The notes under the pieces: generated by a model | What the model saw: only the letters and a program-made list of their open reading frames with translations | Told to the model about the DNA's origin: nothing | Database searches by the model: none | In this document: one piece after another, positions 39,981 through 51,533 of the stretch | Layout: the number at the start of each line of letters is the position of its first letter | Position numbering within the stretch: position 1 is the stretch's first letter | NCBI RefSeq assembly: GCF_053078305.1 | Contig: NZ_CP166879.1 | Length of the DNA: 64,000 bases | Direction: 5' to 3' (one strand) | Position numbers and translations under genes: made by a program

Positions 39981-40211
39981 TTATTTATGACGGTATTTCA
40001 GCGCACCACTCGGGCACGTATCAATCACTTTCACCACAGTGGCAACGTCGACTTCATCCGGCATGATCCACGGCTTTCGTTTGAGATTAAATAACTTGCC
40101 GTTGCCACGTACGCAATTGCCAGAATGCTGGCATATCGCAGTGTTGAAATAGACATCGATCTTTTCGCCGGTATAACAGCGATAACCCCCGTCCAGTAGC
40201 GCCTGATCCAT
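39981..40211 (-). CDS. yjdI: Small Cys-containing protein YjdI
   Basis: 76 aa [41 protein letters not shown]... Confidence 0.8.
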   Translation of the reverse strand: MDQALLDGGYRCYTGEKIDVYFNTAICQHSGNCVRGNGKLFNLKRKPWIMPDEVDVATVVKVIDTCPSGALKYRHK

Positions 40212-40391
40212 GACCTTCCCTCTCTCATCAGTATGATTATCGCTATAAGCATAGCCCTGGAATCTTCATACAGCACTGGCAGTTTCCGTTGCCAGAGTCT
40301 CTTCCCCTATATAGCCAATCATTCTTACTCCCTTTGAATTACCCGCCTCATCAGAGATAATGCTTAAGAAATTTGTCACACAAGGAAGCTG

Positions 40392-42023
40392 ATGAGACAT
40401 TCATTGCCCTACCGCATGTTACGCAAACGTCCGATGAAATTGAGTACCACAGTGATCTTAATGGTCAGCGCGGTACTGTTCTCGGTGCTATTGGTGGTGC
40501 ATCTGATTTACTTCTCGCAAATCAGTGATATGACGCGAGACGGGCTAGCCAACAAGGCACTGGCAGTGGCGCGTACCCTCGCCGACTCGCCGGAAATCCG
40601 TCAGGGCTTGCAGAAAAAACCGCAGGAGAGCGGCATCCAGGCCATCGCGGAAGCCGTACGCAAACGCAACGATCTGCTGTTTATTGTCGTTACCGATATG
40701 CAAAGTCTTCGCTACTCGCATCCTGAAGCCCAGCGTATTGGTCAGCCATTTAAAGGTGATGACATCCTTAAAGCGCTGAATGGCGAAGAAAATGTCGCTA
40801 TCAATCGCGGTTTTCTGGCGCAGGCTTTACGCGTATTTACCCCCATCTACGATGAAAATCATAAACAAATTGGCGTGGTGGCGATCGGCCTTGAGTTAAG
40901 CCGCGTGACCCAACAGATCAATGACAGTCGCTGGAGCATTATCTGGTCAGTATTATTTGGCATGCTGGTCGGACTGATTGGCACCTGCATTCTGGTTAAA
41001 GTACTGAAAAAAATCCTTTTCGGCCTGGAACCCTACGAAATCTCCACGCTGTTTGAGCAACGCCAGGCCATGTTGCAGTCTATCAAAGAAGGCGTCGTTG
41101 CCGTGGACGATCGCGGCGAGGTCACGCTGATCAACGATGCCGCACAAGAATTGCTGAATTACCGTAAGTCGCAGGACGATGAGAAACTGTCGACGCTCAG
41201 CCACTCGTGGTCACAGGTGGTAGATGTCTCGGAAGTGTTACGCGACGGTACCCCGCGCCGCGACGAAGAGATTACGATTAAAGATCGGCTATTACTGATC
41301 AACACCGTTCCGGTGCGCAGTAATGGCGTTATCATCGGTGCCATTTCAACCTTCAGGGACAAAACTGAAGTACGTAAACTGATGCAGCGACTCGATGGTC
41401 TGGTCAACTATGCTGACGCACTTCGTGAACGATCCCACGAATTTATGAATAAATTGCATGTGATTCTCGGATTATTGCATCTGAAGAGTTATAAGCAGTT
41501 GGAAGATTACATTCTCAAAACAGCCAATAACTATCAGGAAGAGATTGGCTCTCTGCTGGGTAAGATCAAATCTCCGGTTATCGCTGGTTTTTTAATCAGC
41601 AAGATTAACCGCGCGACCGATTTAGGCCATACGCTGATTTTAAACAGTGAAAGCCAGCTGCCAGACAGCGGCAGTGAGGACCAGGTCGCGACGCTGATTA
41701 CCACATTGGGAAATCTGATAGAAAACGCGCTGGAAGCATTAGGGCCGGAACCCGGTGGCGAAATTAGCGTAACATTGCACTACCGTCACGGCTGGCTGCA
41801 CTGCGAAGTTAACGATGATGGACCGGGGATCGCACCCGACAAAATCGATCACATTTTTGACAAAGGTGTCTCGACAAAAGGAAGCGAGCGAGGCGTCGGT
41901 TTAGCACTTGTCAAACAACAGGTAGAAAATCTCGGCGGCAGCATCGCCGTGGAATCGGAACCCGGGATTTTCACACAATTTTTTGTCCAGATACCCTGGG
42001 ACGGGGAGAGGTCGAACAGATGA
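40392..42023 (+). CDS. dcuS: C4-dicarboxylate sensor histidine kinase
   Basis: 543 aa MRHSLPYRMLRKRPMKLSTTVILMVSAVLFSVLLVVHLIYF... Confidence 0.95.
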   Translation: MRHSLPYRMLRKRPMKLSTTVILMVSAVLFSVLLVVHLIYFSQISDMTRDGLANKALAVARTLADSPEIRQGLQKKPQESGIQAIAEAVRKRNDLLFIVVTDMQSLRYSHPEAQRIGQPFKGDDILKALNGEENVAINRGFLAQALRVFTPIYDENHKQIGVVAIGLELSRVTQQINDSRWSIIWSVLFGMLVGLIGTCILVKVLKKILFGLEPYEISTLFEQRQAMLQSIKEGVVAVDDRGEVTLINDAAQELLNYRKSQDDEKLSTLSHSWSQVVDVSEVLRDGTPRRDEEITIKDRLLLINTVPVRSNGVIIGAISTFRDKTEVRKLMQRLDGLVNYADALRERSHEFMNKLHVILGLLHLKSYKQLEDYILKTANNYQEEIGSLLGKIKSPVIAGFLISKINRATDLGHTLILNSESQLPDSGSEDQVATLITTLGNLIENALEALGPEPGGEISVTLHYRHGWLHCEVNDDGPGIAPDKIDHIFDKGVSTKGSERGVGLALVKQQVENLGGSIAVESEPGIFTQFFVQIPWDGERSNR

Positions 42024-42739
42024 TCAATGTATTAATTATCGATGACGACGCAATGGTCGCGGAGCTGAATCGCCGATACGTAGCACAAATCCCAGGCTTT
42101 CAATGCTGTGGAACAGCCTCGACGCTGGAGAAAGCCAAAGAGATTATCTTCAATAGCGATACGCCTATCGACCTGATATTGCTCGATATCTATATGCAAA
42201 AAGAGAACGGGCTCGATTTACTGCCTGTCCTGCATAACGCGCGTTGCAAAAGTGATGTGATTGTCATCTCCTCCGCAGCCGATGCGGCAACCATTAAAGA
42301 TTCGCTGCATTACGGTGTCGTGGATTACCTGATCAAACCCTTCCAGGCTTCCCGCTTTGAAGAGGCGCTCACCGGCTGGCGGCAAAAGAAAATGGCGCTG
42401 GAAAAACATCAGTATTATGACCAGGCCGAGCTTGATCAGCTAATCCACGGCAGCAGCTCCAACGAGCAGGATCCTCGTCGCTTGCCAAAAGGCTTAACGC
42501 CGCAGACGTTACGCACGCTGTGCCAGTGGATTGACGCGCATCAGGACTATGAGTTTTCAACCGACGAGCTAGCCAACGAGGTTAACATTTCGCGTGTTTC
42601 CTGCCGTAAATACCTCATCTGGCTGGTCAACTGCCACATCTTGTTCACCAGTATCCATTATGGCGTCACGGGGCGTCCAGTTTACCGTTACCGTATTCAG
42701 GCAGAACACTACTCACTACTGAAACAATATTGCCAATAA
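42020..42739 (+). CDS. dcuR: C4-dicarboxylate response regulator
   Basis: 239 aa MINVLIIDDDAMVAELNRRYVAQIPGF...; overlaps dcuS stop. Confidence 0.95.
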   Translation: MINVLIIDDDAMVAELNRRYVAQIPGFQCCGTASTLEKAKEIIFNSDTPIDLILLDIYMQKENGLDLLPVLHNARCKSDVIVISSAADAATIKDSLHYGVVDYLIKPFQASRFEEALTGWRQKKMALEKHQYYDQAELDQLIHGSSSNEQDPRRLPKGLTPQTLRTLCQWIDAHQDYEFSTDELANEVNISRVSCRKYLIWLVNCHILFTSIHYGVTGRPVYRYRIQAEHYSLLKQYCQ

Positions 42740-43309
42740 CGGATCGCTGGTTATCTGTAAGTAATAATTATTACCGTAATGCAAAATACCCCTGGCACAA
42801 GTTACATCCTTCATCAGTAAAACTTGTGCCAGATCAAATATAATTATCCCTCCATCATCGCTAAAAATTAATATCTCTTCAGGTGAACGGTGTTTTTAAT
42901 TTCAAAACGCTAACAAAAGTTAATTAACTATTATGTCACCCGCATTATGTGTATTTTTACCCACAAATGGGTAGATCAGATTAATCTATAAACCTAATGA
43001 TATCTGCCCTGAGAACAAAAAATAGACCGATAAATATCAATAAGATAACAGCAAACAAAACATTAACATCTGCGCAGTACAAACTTTAAACCCATCGCCA
43101 GAGAGTTTTTCTCTCTGAAAAAGCCGCTTATCACAGTGCATAAATTTGCCGCTGCTTTAATCAGCCAATATTCACTGTGAGGTATTTGCTAAAGCCGGTA
43201 ACGACCAAACGGATATTTAGTCAGGCTCTGAAAACAGTTCATACAAAACAGAACGTGACTGTGATCTATTCAGCAAAAATTTAAATAGGATTATCGCGAG
43301 GGTTCACAC

Positions 43310-44650
43310 ATGTTATTTACTATCCAACTTATCATAATACTGATATGTCTGTTTTATGGTGCCAGAAAGGGTGGTATCGCGCTGGGTTTATTAGGCGGTA
43401 TCGGTCTGGTCATTCTGGTCTTCGTCTTCCACCTTCAGCCAGGTAAACCACCGGTTGATGTCATGCTGGTTATCATTGCGGTGGTGGCGGCATCGGCGAC
43501 CTTGCAAGCTTCGGGCGGTCTTGATGTCATGCTGCAAATTGCCGAGAAGCTGCTGCGCCGCAACCCGAAATATGTCTCAATTGTCGCGCCGTTTGTGACC
43601 TGTACACTGACCATTCTTTGCGGTACGGGTCATGTGGTTTACACCATTCTGCCGATCATCTACGACGTCGCCATTAAGAACAACATCCGTCCGGAACGTC
43701 CGATGGCGGCAAGTTCTATCGGTGCACAGATGGGGATTATCGCCAGTCCGGTGTCGGTTGCGGTCGTGTCTCTGGTTGCAATGCTGGGTAATGTCACCTT
43801 TGATGGTCGCCATCTTGAGTTCCTCGACCTGCTGGCAATCACCATTCCATCGACGTTAATCGGTATCCTGGCGATCGGTATCTTCAGCTGGTTCCGCGGT
43901 AAAGATCTGGATAAAGACGAAGAGTTCCAGAAATTCATCTCAGTACCGGAAAACCGTGAGTATGTTTACGGTGATACCGCGACGCTGCTCGATAAAAAAC
44001 TGCCGAAAAGCAACTGGCTGGCAATGTGGATTTTCCTCGGTGCAATCGCTGTAGTCGCACTTCTTGGTGCTGATTCGGACCTGCGTCCATCCTTCGGCGG
44101 CAAACCGCTGTCGATGGTACTGGTTATTCAGATGTTTATGCTGCTGACCGGGGCGCTGATTATTATCCTGACCAAAACCAATCCCGCGTCTATCTCAAAA
44201 AACGAAGTCTTCCGTTCCGGTATGATCGCCATCGTGGCGGTGTACGGTATCGCATGGATGGCAGAAACCATGTTCGGTGCGCATATGTCTGAAATTCAGG
44301 GCGTACTGGGTGAAATGGTGAAAGAGTATCCGTGGGCCTATGCCATTGTTCTGCTGCTGGTTTCCAAGTTTGTAAACTCTCAGGCTGCGGCGCTGGCGGC
44401 GATTGTTCCGGTCGCGCTAGCGATCGGCGTTGATCCGGCATACATCGTGGCTTCAGCACCGGCTTGCTACGGTTATTACATCCTGCCGACTTATCCGAGC
44501 GATCTGGCAGCGATTCAGTTTGACCGTTCCGGCACCACCCACATCGGTCGCTTCGTCATCAACCACAGCTTTATTCTGCCGGGGTTGATTGGTGTGAGCG
44601 TATCGTGCGTCTTCGGCTGGATCTTCGCCGCGATGTACGGGTTCTTATAA
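43310..44650 (+). CDS. dcuB: Anaerobic C4-dicarboxylate transporter
   Basis: 446 aa [37 protein letters not shown]... Confidence 0.95.
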
Positions 44651-44727
44651 ATGCACTTTGCGTGCCGCCCGTGACTACGCGGCACGCCATTTTCGAATAA
44701 CAAATACAGAGTTACAGGCTGGAAGCT

Positions 44728-46374
44728 ATGTCAAACAAACCCTTTATCTACCAGGCACCTTTCCCGATGGGGAAAGACAATACCGAATACTATCTACTCA
44801 CTTCCGATTACGTTAGCGTTGCCGACTTCGACGGCGAAACCATCCTGAAAGTGGAACCAGAAGCCCTGACCCTGCTGGCGCAGCAAGCCTTTCACGACGC
44901 TTCTTTCATGCTCCGTCCGGCACACCAGAAACAGGTTGCGGCTATTCTTCACGATCCAGAAGCCAGCGAAAACGACAAGTACGTGGCACTGCAATTCTTA
45001 AGAAACTCCGAAATCGCCGCCAAAGGCGTGCTGCCGACCTGCCAGGATACCGGCACCGCGATCATCGTCGGTAAAAAAGGCCAGCGCGTGTGGACCGGTG
45101 GCGGTGATGAAGAAGCGCTGTCGAAAGGCGTCTATAACACCTATATCGAAGATAACCTGCGCTACTCGCAAAACGCGGCGCTGGACATGTACAAAGAGGT
45201 CAACACCGGCACTAACCTGCCTGCGCAAATCGACCTGTACGCGGTAGATGGCGATGAGTACAAATTCCTTTGCGTTGCGAAAGGCGGCGGCTCTGCCAAC
45301 AAAACCTATCTCTACCAGGAAACCAAAGCCCTGCTGACTCCCGGCAAACTGAAAAACTTCCTCGTCGAGAAAATGCGTACCCTCGGTACTGCAGCCTGCC
45401 CGCCGTACCATATCGCGTTTGTAATTGGCGGTACGTCTGCGGAAACCAACCTGAAAACCGTTAAGTTAGCAAGCGCTCACTATTACGATGAACTGCCGAC
45501 GGAAGGGAACGAACATGGTCAGGCGTTCCGCGATGTCCAGCTGGAACAGGAACTGCTGGAAGAGGCCCAGAAACTCGGTCTTGGCGCGCAGTTTGGCGGT
45601 AAATACTTCGCGCACGACATTCGCGTTATCCGTCTGCCACGTCACGGCGCATCCTGCCCGGTAGGCATGGGCGTCTCCTGCTCCGCTGACCGTAACATTA
45701 AAGCGAAAATCAACCGCGAAGGTATCTGGATCGAAAAACTGGAACACAATCCAGGTCAGTACATTCCACAAGAACTGCGCCAGGCCGGTGAAGGCGAAGC
45801 GGTGAAGGTCGACCTTAACCGCCCGATGAAAGAGATCCTCGCCCAGCTTTCGCAATATCCGGTTTCCACTCGTTTGTCGCTCACCGGCACCATTATCGTG
45901 GGCCGAGATATTGCACACGCCAAGCTGAAAGAGCTGATTGACGCCGGTAAAGAACTTCCGCAGTACATCAAAGATCACCCGATCTACTACGCGGGTCCGG
46001 CGAAAACCCCTGCCGGTTATCCATCAGGTTCACTTGGCCCAACCACCGCAGGTCGTATGGACTCCTATGTGGATCTGCTGCAATCCCACGGCGGCAGCAT
46101 GATCATGCTAGCGAAAGGTAACCGCAGTCAGCAGGTTACCGACGCGTGTCATAAACACGGCGGCTTCTACCTCGGTAGCATCGGCGGTCCGGCGGCGGTA
46201 CTGGCGCAGCAGAGCATCAAGCATCTGGAATGCGTCGCTTATCCGGAGCTGGGTATGGAAGCTATCTGGAAAATCGAAGTAGAAGATTTCCCGGCGTTTA
46301 TCCTGGTCGATGACAAAGGTAACGACTTCTTCCAGCAAATCGTCAACAAACAGTGCGCGAACTGCACTAAGTAA
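44728..46374 (+). CDS. fumB: Fumarate hydratase class I, anaerobic
   Basis: 548 aa [44 protein letters not shown]...; fumB rather than fumA by position after dcuB. Confidence 0.95.
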   Translation: MSNKPFIYQAPFPMGKDNTEYYLLTSDYVSVADFDGETILKVEPEALTLLAQQAFHDASFMLRPAHQKQVAAILHDPEASENDKYVALQFLRNSEIAAKGVLPTCQDTGTAIIVGKKGQRVWTGGGDEEALSKGVYNTYIEDNLRYSQNAALDMYKEVNTGTNLPAQIDLYAVDGDEYKFLCVAKGGGSANKTYLYQETKALLTPGKLKNFLVEKMRTLGTAACPPYHIAFVIGGTSAETNLKTVKLASAHYYDELPTEGNEHGQAFRDVQLEQELLEEAQKLGLGAQFGGKYFAHDIRVIRLPRHGASCPVGMGVSCSADRNIKAKINREGIWIEKLEHNPGQYIPQELRQAGEGEAVKVDLNRPMKEILAQLSQYPVSTRLSLTGTIIVGRDIAHAKLKELIDAGKELPQYIKDHPIYYAGPAKTPAGYPSGSLGPTTAGRMDSYVDLLQSHGGSMIMLAKGNRSQQVTDACHKHGGFYLGSIGGPAAVLAQQSIKHLECVAYPELGMEAIWKIEVEDFPAFILVDDKGNDFFQQIVNKQCANCTK

Positions 46375-46496
46375 CCTCTTCGGCCCAGCGCCTGGCAGCA
46401 TGCTGCCAGGTGATCCCCCTGGGCCACCTCTTTTGCGATTGTAATTTCACGCTTGCTGGTGAATAGTCAGTATTTTCCCTGACTTGCGAACTCACC

Positions 46497-47126
46497 ATGA
46501 CCCGCACACTCAAGCCGTTAATTCTTAACACCGGCGCACTGGCGCTAACGTTAATCCTCATTTATACCGGCATTTCGGCCCATGACAAACTCACCTGGCT
46601 GATGGAAGTGACACCGGTGATTATTGTCATGCCGCTACTGCTTGCCACCGCCAGACGTTATCCGTTAACGCCGCTGCTCTATACGCTCATTTTCTTTCAC
46701 GCCATCATCCTGATGGTCGGCGGGCAATACACCTACGCGAAAGTCCCCGTTGGTTTTGAGGTGCAGGAATGGCTGGGGTTGAGCCGTAATCCGTATGACA
46801 AGCTGGGGCATTTTTTCCAGGGGCTGGTGCCTGCACTGGTGGCACGAGAGATCCTTGTGCGCGGGATGTACGTTCGCGGACGTAAAATGGTGGCGTTTCT
46901 GGTCTGTTGCGTGGCGCTGGCGATAAGCGCGATGTATGAATTAATCGAGTGGTGGGCGGCGCTGGCAATGGGCCAGGGAGCGGATGATTTTCTCGGCACC
47001 CAGGGCGACCAGTGGGACACGCAATCCGATATGTTCTGCGCGCTGCTTGGCGCATTAACGACGGTGATATTCCTCGCTCGCTTTCATTGCCGCCAGCTAC
47101 GGCGCTTTGGCTTGATAACCGGATAA
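46497..47126 (+). CDS. yjdF: Inner membrane protein YjdF
   Basis: 209 aa MTRTLKPLILNTGALALTLILIYTGISAHDKL... Confidence 0.8.
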   Translation: MTRTLKPLILNTGALALTLILIYTGISAHDKLTWLMEVTPVIIVMPLLLATARRYPLTPLLYTLIFFHAIILMVGGQYTYAKVPVGFEVQEWLGLSRNPYDKLGHFFQGLVPALVAREILVRGMYVRGRKMVAFLVCCVALAISAMYELIEWWAALAMGQGADDFLGTQGDQWDTQSDMFCALLGALTTVIFLARFHCRQLRRFGLITG

Positions 47127-47264
47127 CAACGTGCACTTTGTTGATGCCGGATGCGGCGTGAATTCCTTATCCGGTCTACAAAATTTGCAAATCCAAAGCA
47201 TTCCATTAAGACGTGGCCTGATAAACATATCGCATCAGGCCATTTTCGTTAGCTATTGTCCACG

Positions 47265-48686
47265 TCAGGCTTTCACATCACTCACTGCACCGACCGGAAT
47301 ATCAGCATGAACAGGCTCGTGCGGTACTTTGCGATATTTATCCAGCAGATGAATCTGGATCCTGCGCAGCGTGTCGCCATTGAGGCGATAGAAACGGAAG
47401 TAGAGAATCAGCGTTACCATGAAAAACAGAGTCGGTAGAGCAATCATAATAAACTGCATACCTAATAGGGCTTGCGTAGACTGTTCAACATTCGGTACAT
47501 AGCCAATCATCCCTAACACAACCGCAATGAAAAAAGCCGCAAAGGCTGAACCGCCCTTCACCACCATAGTCTGCACGGAGTAAGCGATGCTTTCACAGCG
47601 TACGTGCAGTTTATATTCACCGTAATCAACGGTATCTGCCACCATGATGACCTGTAATACCCAGAAAAGCGCCGTTCCCACATTCAGCAAGATACCCGCA
47701 ATCACAATGAGGACGACGTTGTGATAGCTCATTAATGCCATTAACAGGAGAACACCACAGCTTAACACCGGAAGAATAGATGCTCCGGCCCATAAAATGC
47801 GTCGGGATAATGATTTAACTAAGCGTGGGAAGAATACTAACGTCACCAGGTTAGCAGCTCCCGCATACGACAGATAATAGGGGAACAAATCCGCATCACC
47901 GATAACATATGAGAAATAATAGATAGCAAAGCCGGTAATAATGTTGCTGGCTACATTATAAGCAAGAGCCATACCCAAGAGGCATGAAAGCTGATCGTTT
48001 TTATAAATAAGCGCAACGATGGCTTTAAGTGTCAGATGGCTTCCTTCAGCAGACGGTTGATTGTCTGACGAAAAGACTTCATGCACATTGCGCAGAGTGA
48101 TGATGGTTGAAACAATAAAAAAGGCGATCAGTACCAGTGTGAACATCTGAAAGCCAAATCCCCGATCGCCACCGCCGACATAATTAACAAATGGTAGCGT
48201 CACACCTGCCGTAACAAAGCCCGCCAGACTGGCAAAAAAACGCGGATAAGGAACCAGTTGTTCACGCTCACGTTTATCGAGCGTGATGGTTGGAACCAGC
48301 GACCAGAAGGGAATATCCATAATGGTGTAAGTCATGCCCCAGAGGATGTAGGTCACGCAAACAAAGACAATCTGAGTAGTACCTTCAAACAGATGCGCAC
48401 TAAAGAGGAGAAATAAGATTACAGAGTTTGCCAACGTACCGATCAGGATCCAGGGTTTGAACTTACCCCATCGCGATCGCGTAGCATTTACAATCCATCC
48501 CATAATCGGATCGTTAATAGCATCCCAGATCCTCGCCACCAGAAACAAAGTACCGACCAAACCCACAGACAGCCCGACGACATCGGTGTAGTAATACATG
48601 AGGTACATATACACAATGCCGATCGCAAAATCCTTCCCGAACGCTCCAAATCCATAACTGAGTTTTGTAGTCATTGAAATGCTCAT
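47265..48686 (-). CDS. melB: Melibiose:cation symporter
   Basis: 473 aa from [40 protein letters not shown]... Confidence 0.9.
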   Translation of the reverse strand: MSISMTTKLSYGFGAFGKDFAIGIVYMYLMYYYTDVVGLSVGLVGTLFLVARIWDAINDPIMGWIVNATRSRWGKFKPWILIGTLANSVILFLLFSAHLFEGTTQIVFVCVTYILWGMTYTIMDIPFWSLVPTITLDKREREQLVPYPRFFASLAGFVTAGVTLPFVNYVGGGDRGFGFQMFTLVLIAFFIVSTIITLRNVHEVFSSDNQPSAEGSHLTLKAIVALIYKNDQLSCLLGMALAYNVASNIITGFAIYYFSYVIGDADLFPYYLSYAGAANLVTLVFFPRLVKSLSRRILWAGASILPVLSCGVLLLMALMSYHNVVLIVIAGILLNVGTALFWVLQVIMVADTVDYGEYKLHVRCESIAYSVQTMVVKGGSAFAAFFIAVVLGMIGYVPNVEQSTQALLGMQFIMIALPTLFFMVTLILYFRFYRLNGDTLRRIQIHLLDKYRKVPHEPVHADIPVGAVSDVKA

Positions 48687-48788
48687 AGGGTATCGGGTCG
48701 CTGTTACCAACGCCCGCCTTCTGTTATTGGTATCGTCAGAGGTGTGCGCCGGAATAAATCCCCCGGCGCAGTAGCGTTTAGTCGCGTT

Positions 48789-50144
48789 TTAACGGTGCAA
48801 CCAGCCTGGCAGCCAGTCGCCGTGGGCGGCAATCAGGTCGTCAACAAGAGCATATATTTCATCAATGCCCAGCACGGCGGCAGTATGCGGGTCCATCATC
48901 GCAGCGTGGTAAACACGGTCGCGATTTTCCGTAAGAATAGCTTCAGTCAGCAGCGTCTGTACGTTGATGTTGGTTTGCATCAGGGCGGCCAGATGCGAAG
49001 GTAGCGTACCGACTTTGGTCGGCTGAATGCCATTAGCATCAACCAGACAGGCCACTTCCACGCAACATCCTTGTGGCAGGTTATCAATCAAACCATCGTT
49101 ACGGACGTTGCCGTAAATCACACTCGGCTCGCCCGTCCAGATAGCGTTCATGATTGTGCTGGCATATTCCCGTGACGGTTTAATATCAATCCGGGAGGCG
49201 TTTTTATACTCCTCCAGCTCTTTATGCCAGTTCGCCAGCTGCTCGACGCAGCGTTTCGGGTACTCATCCAGCGGTACTTTATAACGCTCAATCAAATCCT
49301 CACGACCTGGCTTAATAAACCACGGTGTGTACTCAGCAAAATGTTCTGACGATTCCGTGACGAAATAGCCCAGCTTTTTGAACATTTCATAGCGCACAAT
49401 ATTCTGGCAGCGAGTATTGCCGTGAATATTCGGCTTCGGTGCCTGCCCTGCGTCATAAGCCGCCAGCAGTTCCGGGTAGAGATTCACGTAACTGCCGTCA
49501 GCGGTTTTGCGCTCCAGCTCCAGGTAAAACGCCATATGGTTGATACCTGCGCAACGGTAACGCAGCGTAGCCGGGTCGATATTGAGGTCACGCGCCAGCT
49601 CTTCCGCCGTTCCCTGCACCGAATGGCACAGCCCGACCTGTTTGATATGCGGATAGCGGGCATACATCGCCCAGGTATTCATCGCCATTGGGTTAACATA
49701 GTTGAGCATGGTGGCATCGGGGCAGACTTCCGTCATGTCCTCGCAAATTTGCCACAGATGCGGAATGGTACGTAGCGCGCGCATAATACCGCCCGGCCCC
49801 AACGTATCGGCAATGGTTTGTTCCAGACCATGCCGCTTACAGACCTCGAAATCAGTCACCGTGCAAGGTTCATAACCGCCAATCTGAAATGCCACCACGA
49901 CAAAATCGGCATCCTCTAAGGCTTCTTTCTGTTGGGTGTGGCAGGTGATTTTGCCGCTGGCCCCTGCTGAATCCATCAGCTTACGCACCACAATATGCGA
50001 CTCTTCCAGGCGGGTGGGGTCAATGTCCATCAGGGCAATATGCGCCGTTTTCAGCGCCTCGCGATGGAACACATCACCAAGAATATTTTTAACGAAAATC
50101 GTCGAACCAGCGCCGATAAATGTAATTTTGGGTGCAGACATCAT
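48789..50144 (-). CDS. melA: Alpha-galactosidase (NAD/Mn-dependent, GH4)
   Basis: 451 aa MMSAPKITFIGAGSTIFVKNILGDVFHREALK... Confidence 0.95.
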   Translation of the reverse strand: MMSAPKITFIGAGSTIFVKNILGDVFHREALKTAHIALMDIDPTRLEESHIVVRKLMDSAGASGKITCHTQQKEALEDADFVVVAFQIGGYEPCTVTDFEVCKRHGLEQTIADTLGPGGIMRALRTIPHLWQICEDMTEVCPDATMLNYVNPMAMNTWAMYARYPHIKQVGLCHSVQGTAEELARDLNIDPATLRYRCAGINHMAFYLELERKTADGSYVNLYPELLAAYDAGQAPKPNIHGNTRCQNIVRYEMFKKLGYFVTESSEHFAEYTPWFIKPGREDLIERYKVPLDEYPKRCVEQLANWHKELEEYKNASRIDIKPSREYASTIMNAIWTGEPSVIYGNVRNDGLIDNLPQGCCVEVACLVDANGIQPTKVGTLPSHLAALMQTNINVQTLLTEAILTENRDRVYHAAMMDPHTAAVLGIDEIYALVDDLIAAHGDWLPGWLHR

Positions 50145-50426
50145 GCAGATCTCCTGGCTTGCTTGAATAACTTCATCATGGCAGGCGAATCTGCAGAAAA
50201 CCTCCGGCTTCCAGGTTGAGCATTCCCATAAACTCAGATCCTGCGTGAAGCAGCAGTAAATCTGAGTTTATGGGAATAATTTACCTGAAAAGCAGAGTTT
50301 TCGGCCTCATGATGCTCGGACACTCCCCTCGCCTCTCTGAGAAGAGGGTGAAAACCGTGCTCCCACTCGCAGTCATCCTCCCTCACTCCTGCCATAATTC
50401 TGATATTCCAGGAAAGAGAGCCATCC
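50145..50426. promoter_or_regulatory. Divergent melR / melAB promoter region
   Basis: Intergenic region between divergently transcribed melA and melR; MelR/CRP sites expected from K-12 biology, not individually mapped here. Confidence 0.5.
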
Positions 50427-51335
50427 ATGAATACAGATACGTTTATGTGCAGCAGCGACGAAAAACAGACCCGCAGCCCGCTGTCGCTGTATTCGGAATA
50501 CCAGCGGATGGAGATTGAGTTTCGCGCACCGCATATCATGCCCACCAGCCACTGGCATGGTCAGGTCGAAGTGAATGTGCCTTTCGATGGCGATGTGGAA
50601 TACCTGATCAACAATGAAAAAGTGAATATCAATCAGGGTCATATCACGCTGTTCTGGGCCTGTACACCGCACCAACTAACAGATACCGGAACCTGTCAGA
50701 GCATGGCGATTTTTAATCTGCCGATGCATCTGTTTCTCTCCTGGCCGCTGGATAAGGACCTGATTAACCACGTCACTCACGGCATGGTGATCAAATCACT
50801 GGCTACACAGCAACTTAGCCCGTTTGAAGTGCGCCGCTGGCAGCAGGAATTGAACAGTCCGAATGAGCAAATTCGCCAGCTCGCCATTGATGAAATTGGC
50901 CTGATGCTCAAGCGATTTAGCCTCTCTGGCTGGGAACCGATTCTGGTCAATAAAACCTCGCGCACACACAAAAACAGCGTCTCGCGCCATGCGCAATTTT
51001 ATGTTAGCCAGATGCTGGGCTTTATTGCCGAAAACTATGATCAGGCGCTGACCATCAACGATGTGGCTGAGCACGTCAAACTTAACGCCAACTATGCAAT
51101 GGGGATATTCCAGCGGGTCATGCAATTGACGATGAAACAGTACATTACCGCGATGCGCATCAACCACGTTCGCGCGTTACTGAGCGATACCGATAAAAGT
51201 ATTCTCGATATTGCCCTGACGGCAGGCTTTCGTTCAAGTAGTCGTTTTTACAGCACGTTCGGCAAATATGTCGGCATGTCGCCGCAACAATACCGCAAAC
51301 TTAGCCAACAGCGCCGCCAGACGTTTCCCGGCTAA
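50427..51335 (+). CDS. melR: AraC-family melibiose operon activator
   Basis: 302 aa MNTDTFMCSSDEKQTRSPLSLYSEYQRMEIEFRAPHIMPTSHWHGQVEVNVPF... Confidence 0.9.
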   Translation: MNTDTFMCSSDEKQTRSPLSLYSEYQRMEIEFRAPHIMPTSHWHGQVEVNVPFDGDVEYLINNEKVNINQGHITLFWACTPHQLTDTGTCQSMAIFNLPMHLFLSWPLDKDLINHVTHGMVIKSLATQQLSPFEVRRWQQELNSPNEQIRQLAIDEIGLMLKRFSLSGWEPILVNKTSRTHKNSVSRHAQFYVSQMLGFIAENYDQALTINDVAEHVKLNANYAMGIFQRVMQLTMKQYITAMRINHVRALLSDTDKSILDIALTAGFRSSSRFYSTFGKYVGMSPQQYRKLSQQRRQTFPG

Positions 51336-51533
51336 AGACGATATCAGTATCAGCCAAAAAAATAGTTTAGCCGTCGATAATAAGCAGTGAAAATAATTTA
51401 AAATAATCACATAAAGCATTGTTTATAAAAACAAATATTTGAAAAATGTTTGTTTTTCACGCGCTTTACAGCCCGAAAAGGCCGGAAGATACTTGCCCGC
51501 AACGAAGATTCCTTCATAACCGGGTAAGCAATG

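Noticed and set aside
42792-42832. 12-bp inverted repeat ctggcacaagtt ... aacttgtgccag downstream of dcuR
   Set aside because: Probably a terminator or REP-like hairpin; the 17-nt loop and missing T-tract make the call uncertain, so it is not listed as a feature
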